Assembly: GCA_021820405.1 (NCBI GenBank)
Contig: JAKADQ010000001.1
Span: 2,783-66,782, forward strand
Origin: Thermoplasmata archaeon
GTDB taxonomy: Archaea; Thermoplasmatota; Thermoplasmata; Thermoplasmatales; Thermoplasmataceae
Length of the DNA stretch: 64,000 nucleotides
Direction of reading: 5' to 3'
The notes under the pieces were generated by a model. The model had not been told where the DNA came from and searched no databases. It worked only from the letters and a program-made list of their open reading frames with translations. Position numbers and translations under genes: made by a program. Below, piece by piece: positions 20,103-30,618 of this stretch; position 1 is the first letter of the stretch; each line of letters starts with the position of its first letter.

Positions 20103-20872
20103 TACTTGTCGGTTGCTCAGGGTGGTCCTACAGGGACTGGAAAGAGAGATTTTATGGAAAATCCAATCCCTCGCTTCAATACTATTCCCATTTTTTTAAT
20201 GCAGTTGAAGTTGATTCAACCTATTACAGAATGCCCTCAAAAAATATGGTAAAATCATGGGTCGAAAGATTCAATCCAGGAATTATATTCACTTTAAAGA
20301 TGCCAGGTGACATATCCCATGGAAATTATGAATTGAGCCAGAAGATTAATCTATGGAACACCTTTGAAGAAACCGTTATAAAAACCGTATCCAGAGTCCA
20401 GGGAAGCGTAAAGGTTTTAATGACGATCCCGCCAGGGATTCTGGATATGGAGGATTATATACAAAAAATATCAAAAATTACATCCTCCTATGAGAATCTT
20501 TGCATTGAACCAAGAGTTAAAGATCCAAGAAAATACGAAAGTATATCAAAAATTGTGGAAGATAATGGATTTATACCAGTGAGCATCGATAATTATTTTA
20601 TTAACCTCGATAAGGCAACAGGATCCAGAAATGTATGTTATATCAGGCTTCACGGGCGTAATACGGATTTTTTCAATTCCCTTGCCGGAATGGAAAAATT
20701 CAATTATGATTACTCACAAAGGGAACTTGAAAATATATCTAAAGTTGTGGAGGATGCAACCACACAGTTTCAGGAGGTCTATGTGTTTTTCAACAATCAT
20801 CCAAATGGAAATGCGCCTTTGAATGCAATTGCCCTTTCCAGAATTCTTGGCATCAATAAGGAATTCTTCTGA
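20099..20872 (+). CDS. DUF72 family protein
   Basis: VGCSGWSY, VEVDSTYY, YIRLHGRN, YVFFNNH. Confidence 0.9.
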   Translation: MILVGCSGWSYRDWKERFYGKSNPSLQYYSHFFNAVEVDSTYYRMPSKNMVKSWVERFNPGIIFTLKMPGDISHGNYELSQKINLWNTFEETVIKTVSRVQGSVKVLMTIPPGILDMEDYIQKISKITSSYENLCIEPRVKDPRKYESISKIVEDNGFIPVSIDNYFINLDKATGSRNVCYIRLHGRNTDFFNSLAGMEKFNYDYSQRELENISKVVEDATTQFQEVYVFFNNHPNGNAPLNAIALSRILGINKEFF

Positions 20873-20916
20873 TCTTAATTTGGCAAATATCAAAATACCA
20901 CAATTAATTATGGAAT

Positions 20917-22158
20917 ATGCCCAAAGGTAAAGAGATCAGTGAAGGATCAACTATTGAATTCACCCTTAAAGAAAAGAATCTTAAAGGAAAAGTTTTGGGA
21001 ATAAAGGACAGCTATCTGAATATCAAACTGGAAAATGGATATAACATAATGGTTATCCCGGACGAAATCAAGAAAATTATCAACGAAGATAAAATTAATA
21101 AAATTGAACGTGAGTATTCCAGAGAATCGGGGCAGGGCACAAACATTTCAGTGATAAGCACAGGCGGTACAATAGTCAGCAAGGTTGACTACAGCACAGG
21201 AGCGGTTTTTCCATCACTCGATATCAGTGAAATAACTTCAAGATTCAAATACATCGAGAAATCTTACCATGTAAGAAGTATCCCATTTTTGAATATTCTG
21301 AGCGAAAATATGGAGCCAGAGCAGTGGTTGCAGCTGGCACATAAGATAGTGGAAGAATCAAAAAGATCCGAGGGAATAGTAATATCACATGGAACTGACA
21401 CCATGACATATACAGCAAGCGCTCTTGCTTTTCTTCTTAAGGAGCTCTCTGTACCGATTATAATGGTCGGCTCTCAAAGAAGCTCAGATAGGCCAAGTAC
21501 CGATTCGTATCTCAATATGGAAGCTGCAATAAATTTTGCCGCTTCAGATTTTGGAGAAGTGGGAATATCTATGCATTCCTCTATTTCAGACGATAAGATT
21601 GCACTTCTTCGTGGTGTCCGTGCCAGAAAGATGCATTCATCCAGAAGAGACGCATTCAGATCCATAGGGGAGAACCCCGTTGGATATTTTCAGAATGGGC
21701 TTGTAAACATTTCTGGACCATACAGGAAAAAGTCGGCGAGTACATCCATTTTCGAAAAAATAGAGAAAAGGGCCGGAATTCTCTATTTTCATCCGGGAAT
21801 GGAAACGGAGGATTTATCAGAATATCTGGAGAAAAAGCTGGGTGTTGTCATAATGGGAACCGGCCTCGGGCACATCTCAACGAAATTCATAGATGTAATT
21901 AAGGAGTATACGGATTCCGGAAGGATGGCTGTCATGACAACACAGTGCATTTATGGTACCACTGATCTGGATGTGTATTCCACCGGGAGGCTTCTGTCCA
22001 GAGCCGGAGTAACATGGGCTGGAAATATACTGCCTGAGGCCGCACTTACTAAAATGATGGTAATAATGGGCAACTATCCTGATTTTGAGTGGCAGAAGAG
22101 AATGGTAACCGATATGAGGGGTGAAATTTTGCAGAGAGAAGAGATAGGGGTGTTCTGA
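20917..22158 (+). CDS. gatD: Glu-tRNA(Gln) amidotransferase subunit D
   Basis: Asparaginase fold STGGTI, HGTDT, GSQRSSDRP, KMHSSRRDAF; adjacent to gatE. Confidence 0.97.
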   Translation: MPKGKEISEGSTIEFTLKEKNLKGKVLGIKDSYLNIKLENGYNIMVIPDEIKKIINEDKINKIEREYSRESGQGTNISVISTGGTIVSKVDYSTGAVFPSLDISEITSRFKYIEKSYHVRSIPFLNILSENMEPEQWLQLAHKIVEESKRSEGIVISHGTDTMTYTASALAFLLKELSVPIIMVGSQRSSDRPSTDSYLNMEAAINFAASDFGEVGISMHSSISDDKIALLRGVRARKMHSSRRDAFRSIGENPVGYFQNGLVNISGPYRKKSASTSIFEKIEKRAGILYFHPGMETEDLSEYLEKKLGVVIMGTGLGHISTKFIDVIKEYTDSGRMAVMTTQCIYGTTDLDVYSTGRLLSRAGVTWAGNILPEAALTKMMVIMGNYPDFEWQKRMVTDMRGEILQREEIGVF

Positions 22159-23979
22159 ATGATGGATCTTCCAGAAAACATCAAGATAGGGCTTGAAGTA
22201 CATCTTCAGGTAAACGCAGGAAAGCTTTTCTGCAGCTGCGAATCAGAAGGCAGAGATACCGGTATATCATTTACCCGCATTCTACATGCATCTTCTGGTG
22301 AATTGGGAGGATCCGACGTATCAACACTTTATGAGGCTTCAAGGGAACGCATTTTCAAATATATTGCATCGGATAACTCTTGCCTTGTGGAATACGATGA
22401 AGAACCACCGCACAAAATTAACAGGAATGCCCTGAACACTGCCCTAATGATGGCCTCCTCCTTTGGTTCACAAATACTTGATAGGGTTGTTGTGATGAGA
22501 AAGGTTGTAATAGATGGATCAAATACAAGCGGCTTTCAGAGGACATCTCTGATAGGTTTTGGTGGAGAGGTACGGCGTGGAAACTATAAATCAAAGATTT
22601 CAACCATATGCCTTGAGGAGGATGCATGTAGAAAGGTGGAAGAGAGCGGCAATATGGTAACATACTCGCTAGATCGCCTGGGAATTCCCCTGATCGAAAT
22701 TTCAACTGAACCTGATATTACATCACCGGAAGGTGCCATAGAGGTTGCCAGGGAGATCGGGGAGAGGCTTATATCCTTGGGCCTTTTAAGAAAAGGGGCA
22801 GACAGTATAAGGCAGGACGTGAATTTTTCAATGGGTAATGGCAGGGTTGAAATAAAGGGCGTTTCCAAATTAAATGCCATCGGGGAAATCCTTCAGAAAG
22901 AGATAGATAGGCAGATCGCACTCGAAAAGGCTATTGAAATCTGGAATGCAAGGGGTGGAACGGAACCAATCTCCTTCGTGGTGAATAATTCCATAATGAA
23001 CGGAACCAATTCCAAAATGATTCTTAATGCGACGGAGGCTGGAAAGGATGTACTTCTTGCACGATTAAAAAATGGGCGTAAATTATTGAAAAGTGGCGAA
23101 TTTAGAATAGGAAGGGAAATTGCAGACGCGCTCAAACAGATTGGCATTAAGGGGATTTTACATTATGATGAACTCCCTGCGTACGGAATCACATTAGAGG
23201 AAAAGCAAAGAATAAGTGACTTCCTGGAACTTGGTGAACACGATTCATTTCTGATATTGCTTGAAGAAGAGTCAAATGCCCAATACGTGAGCAATGTAAT
23301 AAATAATAGAATAGAAAAGTTGCTTTCAGGAGATTTCTCAGAGACAAGGGCAGCAATGGAAGATAACACGACCAGATTTATGCGCCCACTTTCAGGATCG
23401 AGCAGGATGTATCCAGAAACAGATATCCCGGTTATTGAGATCACCAGGGATATGATTGAAAATGCCATAAAGAATGCCCCATTGCCCCTGGAAATATCTG
23501 TGAAGGAGATATCAACAAAATATGGAATATCCCCGCAGGATGCCTCCACATTGATATGGAACAATACCATAAGCATCTTTAAGGAAATGGCAGAAAGAGG
23601 TGATCCAAAGATGGTATGTCGCATTCTGGTACAAAAATTGCCAGAGTTAGAGAGAAAAAAGAATATGAAAATTGACAATAAAACACTGAGGAATGTTTTC
23701 GATTTCTGCCTGTCAAACAACTTTGGAAGATATTCCGTTGAAATGGCTCTGGAACTTATATCAGATGGGGTACCTCAGGAAAAAATACTCCTGCAGGAAA
23801 AGTTGAGGCCGGTTGATGAATCAGAACTTACCGAGCTGATGAAATCTATTGAGGAAAAGAGAAATATATCTGCAATAAGCAAGGAAATAGTTTCAATCAC
23901 AGGAAGACCAGTCGATAGTTCCCTGATAGCAAAGGTACTGGGAAATCAATCAAGAAGTAAACATCTAAACAACACTTAA
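22159..23979 (+). CDS. gatE: Glu-tRNA(Gln) amidotransferase subunit E
   Basis: GLEVH, DEEPPH, MRKVVIDGSNTSGFQRT, LDRLGIPLIEI, RMYPETD. Confidence 0.97.
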   Translation: MMDLPENIKIGLEVHLQVNAGKLFCSCESEGRDTGISFTRILHASSGELGGSDVSTLYEASRERIFKYIASDNSCLVEYDEEPPHKINRNALNTALMMASSFGSQILDRVVVMRKVVIDGSNTSGFQRTSLIGFGGEVRRGNYKSKISTICLEEDACRKVEESGNMVTYSLDRLGIPLIEISTEPDITSPEGAIEVAREIGERLISLGLLRKGADSIRQDVNFSMGNGRVEIKGVSKLNAIGEILQKEIDRQIALEKAIEIWNARGGTEPISFVVNNSIMNGTNSKMILNATEAGKDVLLARLKNGRKLLKSGEFRIGREIADALKQIGIKGILHYDELPAYGITLEEKQRISDFLELGEHDSFLILLEEESNAQYVSNVINNRIEKLLSGDFSETRAAMEDNTTRFMRPLSGSSRMYPETDIPVIEITRDMIENAIKNAPLPLEISVKEISTKYGISPQDASTLIWNNTISIFKEMAERGDPKMVCRILVQKLPELERKKNMKIDNKTLRNVFDFCLSNNFGRYSVEMALELISDGVPQEKILLQEKLRPVDESELTELMKSIEEKRNISAISKEIVSITGRPVDSSLIAKVLGNQSRSKHLNNT

Positions 23980-24003
23980 ATATTTTCCACAAATACCTAT
24001 TCC

Positions 24004-24444
24004 ATGTTATTATACGGATACATACCAGCCATAATCACCCTTATATTGCTGGTTCTAGCTATGTATTTAGTATTCACAATTCTTCCAGCCTTAAGTCAGG
24101 CGAGAACAAAATCGGACATGAAAAAAATATCCCTAAGTCCGTCAGAAATTTTGAAAGATCTATCTAAGGAAGCCTCTCCGGTTAAAGGTTCAGCATATAC
24201 TGCCCCATATGAGTCTGGTGAGGTTGCGAGGGGTTCATACAATAATTTTGTCCGGGTTCAGTACTATGTAATTGTACTTCTGTTCGTTCTATTTGATGTG
24301 GATATGGCACTTCTTCTACCATGGGCATTTGACTTTAAGTCGCTGGGGTTTTATGATTTTATGGAAACTATCGTATTTATCTTAATGCCGCTCACAGCAG
24401 TGTATTATGCCTTCAGGAAGGGCTATATGAGGTGGCTCAAATGA
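24004..24444 (+). CDS. nuoA: NADH-quinone oxidoreductase subunit A
   Basis: PYESG, FVLFDVD, PWA; first gene of the operon. Confidence 0.93.
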   Translation: MLLYGYIPAIITLILLVLAMYLVFTILPALSQARTKSDMKKISLSPSEILKDLSKEASPVKGSAYTAPYESGEVARGSYNNFVRVQYYVIVLLFVLFDVDMALLLPWAFDFKSLGFYDFMETIVFILMPLTAVYYAFRKGYMRWLK

Positions 24445-24905
24445 AGACTGGGGATGCTGGCTTTATAACAACAACACTGGAAAAAGCTATGGAATGGAGT
24501 AGAAGCAATTCAATCTGGCCACTCACATTTGGCCTGGCATGCTGTGCAATTGAAATGATGGCAGTTCAGGCATCACGCCTTGATATATCCAGATTCGGAA
24601 GTGAGGTTTTCAGAAACTCGCCGAGGCAATCTGATCTGATGATAGTATCAGGAACAGTTACCAAAAAAATGGCTCCTCGATTGAGAAGGTTATACGACGA
24701 GATGCCATATCCAAAGTATGTAATTGCAATGGGTGTCTGTGTTATACAGGGTGGCCCATATAATCAGGGCTATTCTGTCGTTCTAGGAGTTGACAGGGTT
24801 GTTCCAGTGGATGTATATGTTCCGGGATGCCCTCCAACTCCAGAGGCCCTGACAAATGGAATTATTTTGCTTCAGAAGAAGATAAGAAATGAAGCGGACA
24901 GGTGA
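24432..24905 (+). CDS. nuoB: NADH-quinone oxidoreductase subunit B
   Basis: [20 protein letters not shown]. Confidence 0.97.
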   Translation: MAQMKTGDAGFITTTLEKAMEWSRSNSIWPLTFGLACCAIEMMAVQASRLDISRFGSEVFRNSPRQSDLMIVSGTVTKKMAPRLRRLYDEMPYPKYVIAMGVCVIQGGPYNQGYSVVLGVDRVVPVDVYVPGCPPTPEALTNGIILLQKKIRNEADR

Positions 24906-25372
24906 TCAGTTTGGTCTACGAAATTAAGGAAGAAACAGGAAAAGATGGAAGGAAAGTATATAGAATAGACAGGGAACACCTTCTGGAGTTAATGGGCGAT
25001 TTGAAAAAGGAGGGATACGATCATCTTTCACTCATATCTTCGGTGGATTTCAGAGATCGGATTGAAGTTGTGTATCATCTTGAAAAATCTTCAGATAACT
25101 TTTCCATAATCGTTGTCAAAACCGAGACCAGAGATACGCATGTGCCAAGTGTCACATCACTCTGGGAAAGTGCCAATTGGGATGAGCGTGAACAATATGA
25201 CATGATGGGAATCATATTTGATGGCCATCCAGATTTAAGGAGAATTCTCCTCCCAGAAGGATGGATTGGTTATCCACTCAGAAAGGATTATGATATGAGC
25301 AAGGTGCAGTATGTGAACATGGATGAAGAAGGCAACGATTATGTCAGTTTTGATCCAGGAGATGGGTGGTAA
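24902..25372 (+). CDS. nuoC: NADH-quinone oxidoreductase subunit C
   Basis: [27 protein letters not shown]. Confidence 0.95.
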   Translation: MISLVYEIKEETGKDGRKVYRIDREHLLELMGDLKKEGYDHLSLISSVDFRDRIEVVYHLEKSSDNFSIIVVKTETRDTHVPSVTSLWESANWDEREQYDMMGIIFDGHPDLRRILLPEGWIGYPLRKDYDMSKVQYVNMDEEGNDYVSFDPGDGW

Positions 25373-26493
25373 TAATGGAATCTGATCTTACGCATAAATA
25401 TATTGAATTGAATATGGGCCCTCAGCATCCTTCCACTCATGGCGTTTTACGTCTGAAGTTGACTCTTGACGGTGAGACAGTCAAGAAGGTCGAACCTGTG
25501 ATAGGTTATCTTCACAGAAACGCGGAAAAAATATGTGAACTTGATTTCTACTGTGATGCCCTGATCTACTTTGACAGGATGGATTACGTCGGCGCAATGA
25601 ATATGGAAGTGGGATATCTTGAAGCTGCAGAAAAGCTCCTTAACATTGAACCTCCTGAAAGGGTCAAGTGGATAAGGGTCATAATGGCCGAATTGAACAG
25701 GATTGCATCCCACCTTGTATGGGCAGGTGCATTTGGTCTTGATCTTGGAATGCTTACTCCTTTCTTCTACGTCTTTGAAGAGAGGGAAAAAGTACTAAAC
25801 CTGTTTACAGAAATATGTGGGTCGCGTCAGGAAACAAACTATATGAGTATAGGTGGTGTTTATCAGGATTTCAACGACAAGATTATATATAGAATAAAGG
25901 AGTTTCTCGACGAATTTCCAAAGAAGCTAGAGGAGATATACAATCTCTTTGTTAAAAATGATGTATTTATATCACGAACAAAAAATATAGGGATACTGGA
26001 GCCTGAGGTTGCACTCTCCTATGGAGTTACTGGACCAATGTTGAGAGCATCAGGAGTTCCTTATGATGTAAGGAAGGATGAACCTTATCTGGTTTATGAT
26101 AAGGTAAACTTTACAGTTCCAATATCCCGGAAAAAGGACGTTCTTGCAAGATTTATAGTGAGATTTGAGGAAATGAGGCAATCAGTTAAAATAGTGAAGC
26201 AGGCCCTCGAAAAACTCCCTGACGGTCCTTATTTTAATCCCAAGGCAAGGAAATCACTGATGATAAGACTGAGGGGTGAAGGAGATGTATTTGCAAGGAC
26301 AGAATCAACAAAGGGCGAATTTGGTGTCTATATCGTAGGGGACGGGAGTGTAAAACCGTACAGGGTTCACGTGAGAAGCCCTGCATTTAAGAATCTATCT
26401 GTACTTCCTTACCTCTCCAGGGATGTGCTTATAGCCGATATGGTTGCAATTTCCGGGTCAATAGATCTGGTATTTGGTGAGGTGGACAGATGA
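25366..26493 (+). CDS. nuoD: NADH-quinone oxidoreductase subunit D
   Basis: NMGPQHPSTHGVLRL, GYLHR, GEVDR. Confidence 0.97.
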   Translation: MVIMESDLTHKYIELNMGPQHPSTHGVLRLKLTLDGETVKKVEPVIGYLHRNAEKICELDFYCDALIYFDRMDYVGAMNMEVGYLEAAEKLLNIEPPERVKWIRVIMAELNRIASHLVWAGAFGLDLGMLTPFFYVFEEREKVLNLFTEICGSRQETNYMSIGGVYQDFNDKIIYRIKEFLDEFPKKLEEIYNLFVKNDVFISRTKNIGILEPEVALSYGVTGPMLRASGVPYDVRKDEPYLVYDKVNFTVPISRKKDVLARFIVRFEEMRQSVKIVKQALEKLPDGPYFNPKARKSLMIRLRGEGDVFARTESTKGEFGVYIVGDGSVKPYRVHVRSPAFKNLSVLPYLSRDVLIADMVAISGSIDLVFGEVDR

Positions 26494-27530
26494 ATTTACT
26501 GACAAGAATAGCCACAATACTGAGTTTTCTTGGCCACTATCCTGCATATATCCTGGCATATATTATTGAGACACTGATTGTAATCATATTTGCAACAGTA
26601 GTGGTTGCCGGCATGGTTTATTTCTTTAGAAAATACATGGCAAGGGTTCAGATGAGAATAGGCCCGAACAGGGTAGGAAAATTTGGCATCCTTCAGGTGA
26701 TGGCTGACGGTTTAAAACTGATCCAGAAGGAATCCATTATGCCTCAGGGGAGGGACGACCTTCCATATAAGGTGGCACCTTTAATTATATTTATCGCACT
26801 GATTATGGGATTTATATTTATTCCCTATGGCCCATTAGCCTGGCTCGGAACACTGACAGTGACTCATTCCGATGTCAGTCTCGTCATTTTGTTTGCACTG
26901 ATTGCAATCATGCCAATTGGAGAACTTCTCTCCGGAATAGTTTCAAACAATAAATACGCGGTCCTCGGTTCTCTCAGGGGCGTGGCAAAGGACGTATCCT
27001 TCGAAGTACCTATGATGCTATCCGTACTTGCTATTGTTATGATGGCATCCGCAAGGAACGCCTCACCACTCGATCTTAATGGCATTGTCCAGGCCCAGAA
27101 TATACCCTTTGCAATACTCGAACCACTTGGTTTCTTTGTTTTCCTGATCTCCATGGCCGCCAGGGCCTCCTATTCTCCATTCGATATGGGTGAAAGTGAT
27201 AGTGAACTTGTTACTGGAAACACAACTGAATATAGCGGTCTGAGATTTGGTATGTTCTATCTTGGTCTATTTGGCACCATATTCCTTGGGTCGATGATCT
27301 TAAGCACTCTGTATCTTGGTGGGTATAATGGTCCGTTTGTCAACTATGTGGGTTTCATATGGCTTCTTATCAAGACTCTGGTGATTGTTGTGATTTCACT
27401 CACCATATGGCTGTCTATGCCGAGAGTAAGAATTGATAAGTTTGTATCATTCGGTTGGAAGTATCTTCTTCCAATCTCATTCATAAATCTTGTTCTTACT
27501 GGATTTTTAGTTTTGGGGGGAATTTCATGA
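26490..27530 (+). CDS. nuoH: NADH-quinone oxidoreductase subunit H
   Basis: RIGPNRVG, ADGLKLIQKE, PFD..E...ELV.G..TEYSG. Confidence 0.96.
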   Translation: MNLLTRIATILSFLGHYPAYILAYIIETLIVIIFATVVVAGMVYFFRKYMARVQMRIGPNRVGKFGILQVMADGLKLIQKESIMPQGRDDLPYKVAPLIIFIALIMGFIFIPYGPLAWLGTLTVTHSDVSLVILFALIAIMPIGELLSGIVSNNKYAVLGSLRGVAKDVSFEVPMMLSVLAIVMMASARNASPLDLNGIVQAQNIPFAILEPLGFFVFLISMAARASYSPFDMGESDSELVTGNTTEYSGLRFGMFYLGLFGTIFLGSMILSTLYLGGYNGPFVNYVGFIWLLIKTLVIVVISLTIWLSMPRVRIDKFVSFGWKYLLPISFINLVLTGFLVLGGIS

Positions 27531-27967
27531 TTGAAGTAAAAGAAGTTGAGGAACCAAAGAGAATCCCTATTCTTGGTTCCATCGGGGGAATGTATACTGT
27601 GTTCAAGCACCTTTTCCAAAAACCTGTAACTGTCCAGTATCCTGAGGAAAAGGAGAATCAGGGTGACAGATTCAGGTTCAGGATATATCTAAGTACAGAC
27701 GATTGCGTTGGTTGTACATTATGTGAGCAGGTTTGCCCGAATCTCACAATAACCATGGTTAGTCTCGACAAGGAAAATCCAAGAAATAAGAGAAAGATAT
27801 ATCCATCAGTAAACTTTGGAACATGCACTGTATGTAGAAATTGTGAGGAGATCTGCCCCACAGATGCTATTTATCTCAAAGATGTTTTCGAAACTGCAAG
27901 AACAAAGAACTCATTCTTCTATAGCCCAACGGATCTGGAAAAGAATGAAGATGAGGTGAGAAGATGA
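27527..27967 (+). CDS. nuoI: NADH-quinone oxidoreductase subunit I
   Basis: TVQYPEE and two CxxCxxCxxxCP motifs; ATG overlaps the nuoH stop. Confidence 0.95.
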   Translation: MIEVKEVEEPKRIPILGSIGGMYTVFKHLFQKPVTVQYPEEKENQGDRFRFRIYLSTDDCVGCTLCEQVCPNLTITMVSLDKENPRNKRKIYPSVNFGTCTVCRNCEEICPTDAIYLKDVFETARTKNSFFYSPTDLEKNEDEVRR

Positions 27968-28212
27968 TCTTCACAATAATAGAAATAATTATAGGAATAA
28001 TCCTTCTTATTATGGCTGCAATGTCCGTAGCCCAAAAAGACGTACTCAGGAGTATAGTTTTTTTGATGTTTTTCCTGTTTGTTCTATCAATAAATTTCAT
28101 CTATCTGGGTGCGACTCTGATTGGGGCAATCGAGCTTCTTGTATATGTAGGCGCAATATCAGCACTTATGGTGTTCACAGTAATGATCACAGGAGGTAAG
28201 GAATTTGAATAA
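27964..28212 (+). CDS. nuoJ: NADH-quinone oxidoreductase subunit J, N-terminal part
   Basis: LLVYVGAI motif; three TM helices. Confidence 0.9.
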   Translation: MIFTIIEIIIGIILLIMAAMSVAQKDVLRSIVFLMFFLFVLSINFIYLGATLIGAIELLVYVGAISALMVFTVMITGGKEFE

Positions 28213-28423
28213 AGTAACCGCAATGATTGCGTCCGTCCTCTTTTTTCTGGTGATTGCGTTTGCTGAGGTGACTCTTACAGGTTCCTATACTCCATATCAG
28301 CAGAGCATATCTGGGATATCTTCACTTTTATTTTCCACATATATTATTCCATTTGAGCTCCTGTCGGTAGTACTTGTGAGTGGTATAATAGGCATGTTTC
28401 ATACGGCGGAGGATGAGGAATAA
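28205..28423 (+). CDS. nuoJ: NADH-quinone oxidoreductase subunit J, C-terminal part
   Basis: LFSTYIIPFELLSVVL motif; AGGAGG RBS upstream. Confidence 0.85.
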   Translation: MNKVTAMIASVLFFLVIAFAEVTLTGSYTPYQQSISGISSLLFSTYIIPFELLSVVLVSGIIGMFHTAEDEE

Positions 28424-28722
28424 TGTACGAGAACATGATACAATTATTTGCTCTGGCAATCTTCACGATTGGACTTTATGGTGTTATGATATCCAAACTT
28501 GGCATAAAAATGCTGATTTCAGTGGAAGTGATGTTAAACGCCGCAATATTCAGCCTTGTTTCAGCCGCAATGGGTTCAGGCCATCTTTCCCCTCTGGTAA
28601 TGGCTCTTTTTACAATCGCAATAGCAGCCGTTGAATCTGCGGTAGGCATAAGTTTGCTTGTTTCTATATACAGAAAGTTCGGGAAAATTGATATTTCCCT
28701 CCTCAAGGAGATCAGGTGGTAA
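28423..28722 (+). CDS. nuoK: NADH-quinone oxidoreductase subunit K
   Basis: SVEVMLNA, IAAVESAVG. Confidence 0.95.
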   Translation: MYENMIQLFALAIFTIGLYGVMISKLGIKMLISVEVMLNAAIFSLVSAAMGSGHLSPLVMALFTIAIAAVESAVGISLLVSIYRKFGKIDISLLKEIRW

Positions 28723-30617
28723 TGTTGTTGAATTACGCATGGTTCATATTTTTAACTCCAATTATAGCAAGCCCGATCGCAGCTCTGGCTGCGAGAAAAA
28801 CTAAGGTTCTTGGCGGTATCATAGCTTCCTTAGCCATTACAATATCCCTCGCGCTTTCCATATTTGTATATCTGAATCTCAGAACAACAAACGTGCCTAT
28901 ATATCAAACATACAACTGGTTTGGCAATATTAATGCAGGTATATATGTGGATCATCTTGCCCTTGTAATGGCCCTGATGGTTTCCTTTGTTTCATTGATG
29001 ATCCATCTGTTTGCCATATATTATATGAAAGATGATCCAAGGCAAAATACCTATTTTGGTGAAACTGCACTCTTTACTGGTGGCATGCTTGGGCTGATTC
29101 TATCATCGAATCTTCTTGAATTTTTCCTATTCTGGGAGCTTGTGGGTTTATGTTCATATCTGCTCGTAGGATTCTGGTTTTTCAAACCAAACGCTGCTTC
29201 AGCAGCAAAAAAGGCATTCATTGTAACAAGAGTTGGTGATCTTCTCTTCATCATAGGCCTGGCTATCCTCTATTCGTTACTTACAGTTAGAAATGTTTCA
29301 TCGCCTCTGAGCATACCATATCTTATAAATCATGCAAGCACGATTGCTTCTGAAGTTGGGCCCCAAAATTTGACTATCATAGGTCTGCTGTTTCTTGGGG
29401 GTGCAGCAGGAAAATCGGCTCAATTCCCATTGCACGTATGGATCCCTGATGCAATGGAGGGCCCGACAACAGTTTCTGCTCTGATTCATGCGGCCACAAT
29501 GGTAACTGCTGGTGTTTATCTGATCGCAAGGGTTTTGCCTCTCTATGAACATGCAACTTACGTTGCTTCGTATGCAGTCCTTTTCATTGGAGCCTTTACG
29601 GCAATGTTTGCAGGAACTATTGGAATAGTGGTGAATGACCTTAAGAGAATACTGGCATACTCAACAATTTCTCAGATCGGCTATATGATGGCTTCACTGG
29701 GGATGGTGGCGGTGATAGGTCCCAGTGTGATCGGTTTCTCAGTATATCACCTGGTTGTTCATGCTGTTTTTAAGGCATTGCTCTTTATGACGGCCGGAGC
29801 AATTTTAATTGCGTTGATGGAACTCAGAGACGTTAGGAGAATGGGTGGCCTCTGGAAAAGGATGCCTGTAACAGTCACACTCATGTTCATTGGTTCAATT
29901 ACTCTTGCTGCAATTCCACCAACTGCGGCATATTTCTCAAAGGACACGATAATAGATGCTGCATATATGTTCTATACCAGGAGCGGTGAAAACATATATT
30001 TGATTCTTCCATGGGTCTTTCTGGTTATAGGTGCTCTTATGACCTCACTGTACACCTTTAGGATGTTCTATCTTGTGGCTCTAGGAAAACCCAGATCGAA
30101 ACTTGCGGAAGAAGCAAGAGACCCACCGCTTATTGCCCTTATTCCTCTGATGATTCTTGCTTTCCTGTCATTGACGCTTGGCATAATACAGTACAGATTT
30201 TATGATTTTATCTATCCTGCGACAATTCACGTATCAGTGCCGGTTGCTGTTGAATACACTCCACTGACAATGGTAGTAATCGGAATAATTGTAATTGCAG
30301 CAGTGTATGGCACAGGTATGTGGAAGAATATGGATCTTTCAAAGAATAGATTATACAGGCTGCTTAAGGCCAAGTATTACCTTGATTACCTGTTTACAAG
30401 AATTATTGCAGAGAGAACCATATTGCCTCTTTCATCAGGTTTTTCAAGGATAGAATATGGCTTTTCAAGGGATATTGAAAGCACGGGTGCCGGTGCTATG
30501 AGTTTTGGGTCAGTTCTTAGAAGGATCCAGAATGGTATTGTGGAATACTACTTTGTATTCTTAATAATAGGAGTCGCCGTGCTTATGCTCATCCTCGAAA
30601 TAGCGGGAGGAATTTAA
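28716..30617 (+). CDS. nuoL: NADH-quinone oxidoreductase subunit L
   Basis: GKSAQFPLHVWIPDAMEGPTTVSALIHAATMV, LAYSTISQ. Confidence 0.97.
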   Translation: MVMLLNYAWFIFLTPIIASPIAALAARKTKVLGGIIASLAITISLALSIFVYLNLRTTNVPIYQTYNWFGNINAGIYVDHLALVMALMVSFVSLMIHLFAIYYMKDDPRQNTYFGETALFTGGMLGLILSSNLLEFFLFWELVGLCSYLLVGFWFFKPNAASAAKKAFIVTRVGDLLFIIGLAILYSLLTVRNVSSPLSIPYLINHASTIASEVGPQNLTIIGLLFLGGAAGKSAQFPLHVWIPDAMEGPTTVSALIHAATMVTAGVYLIARVLPLYEHATYVASYAVLFIGAFTAMFAGTIGIVVNDLKRILAYSTISQIGYMMASLGMVAVIGPSVIGFSVYHLVVHAVFKALLFMTAGAILIALMELRDVRRMGGLWKRMPVTVTLMFIGSITLAAIPPTAAYFSKDTIIDAAYMFYTRSGENIYLILPWVFLVIGALMTSLYTFRMFYLVALGKPRSKLAEEARDPPLIALIPLMILAFLSLTLGIIQYRFYDFIYPATIHVSVPVAVEYTPLTMVVIGIIVIAAVYGTGMWKNMDLSKNRLYRLLKAKYYLDYLFTRIIAERTILPLSSGFSRIEYGFSRDIESTGAGAMSFGSVLRRIQNGIVEYYFVFLIIGVAVLMLILEIAGGI

Positions 30618-30618
30618 A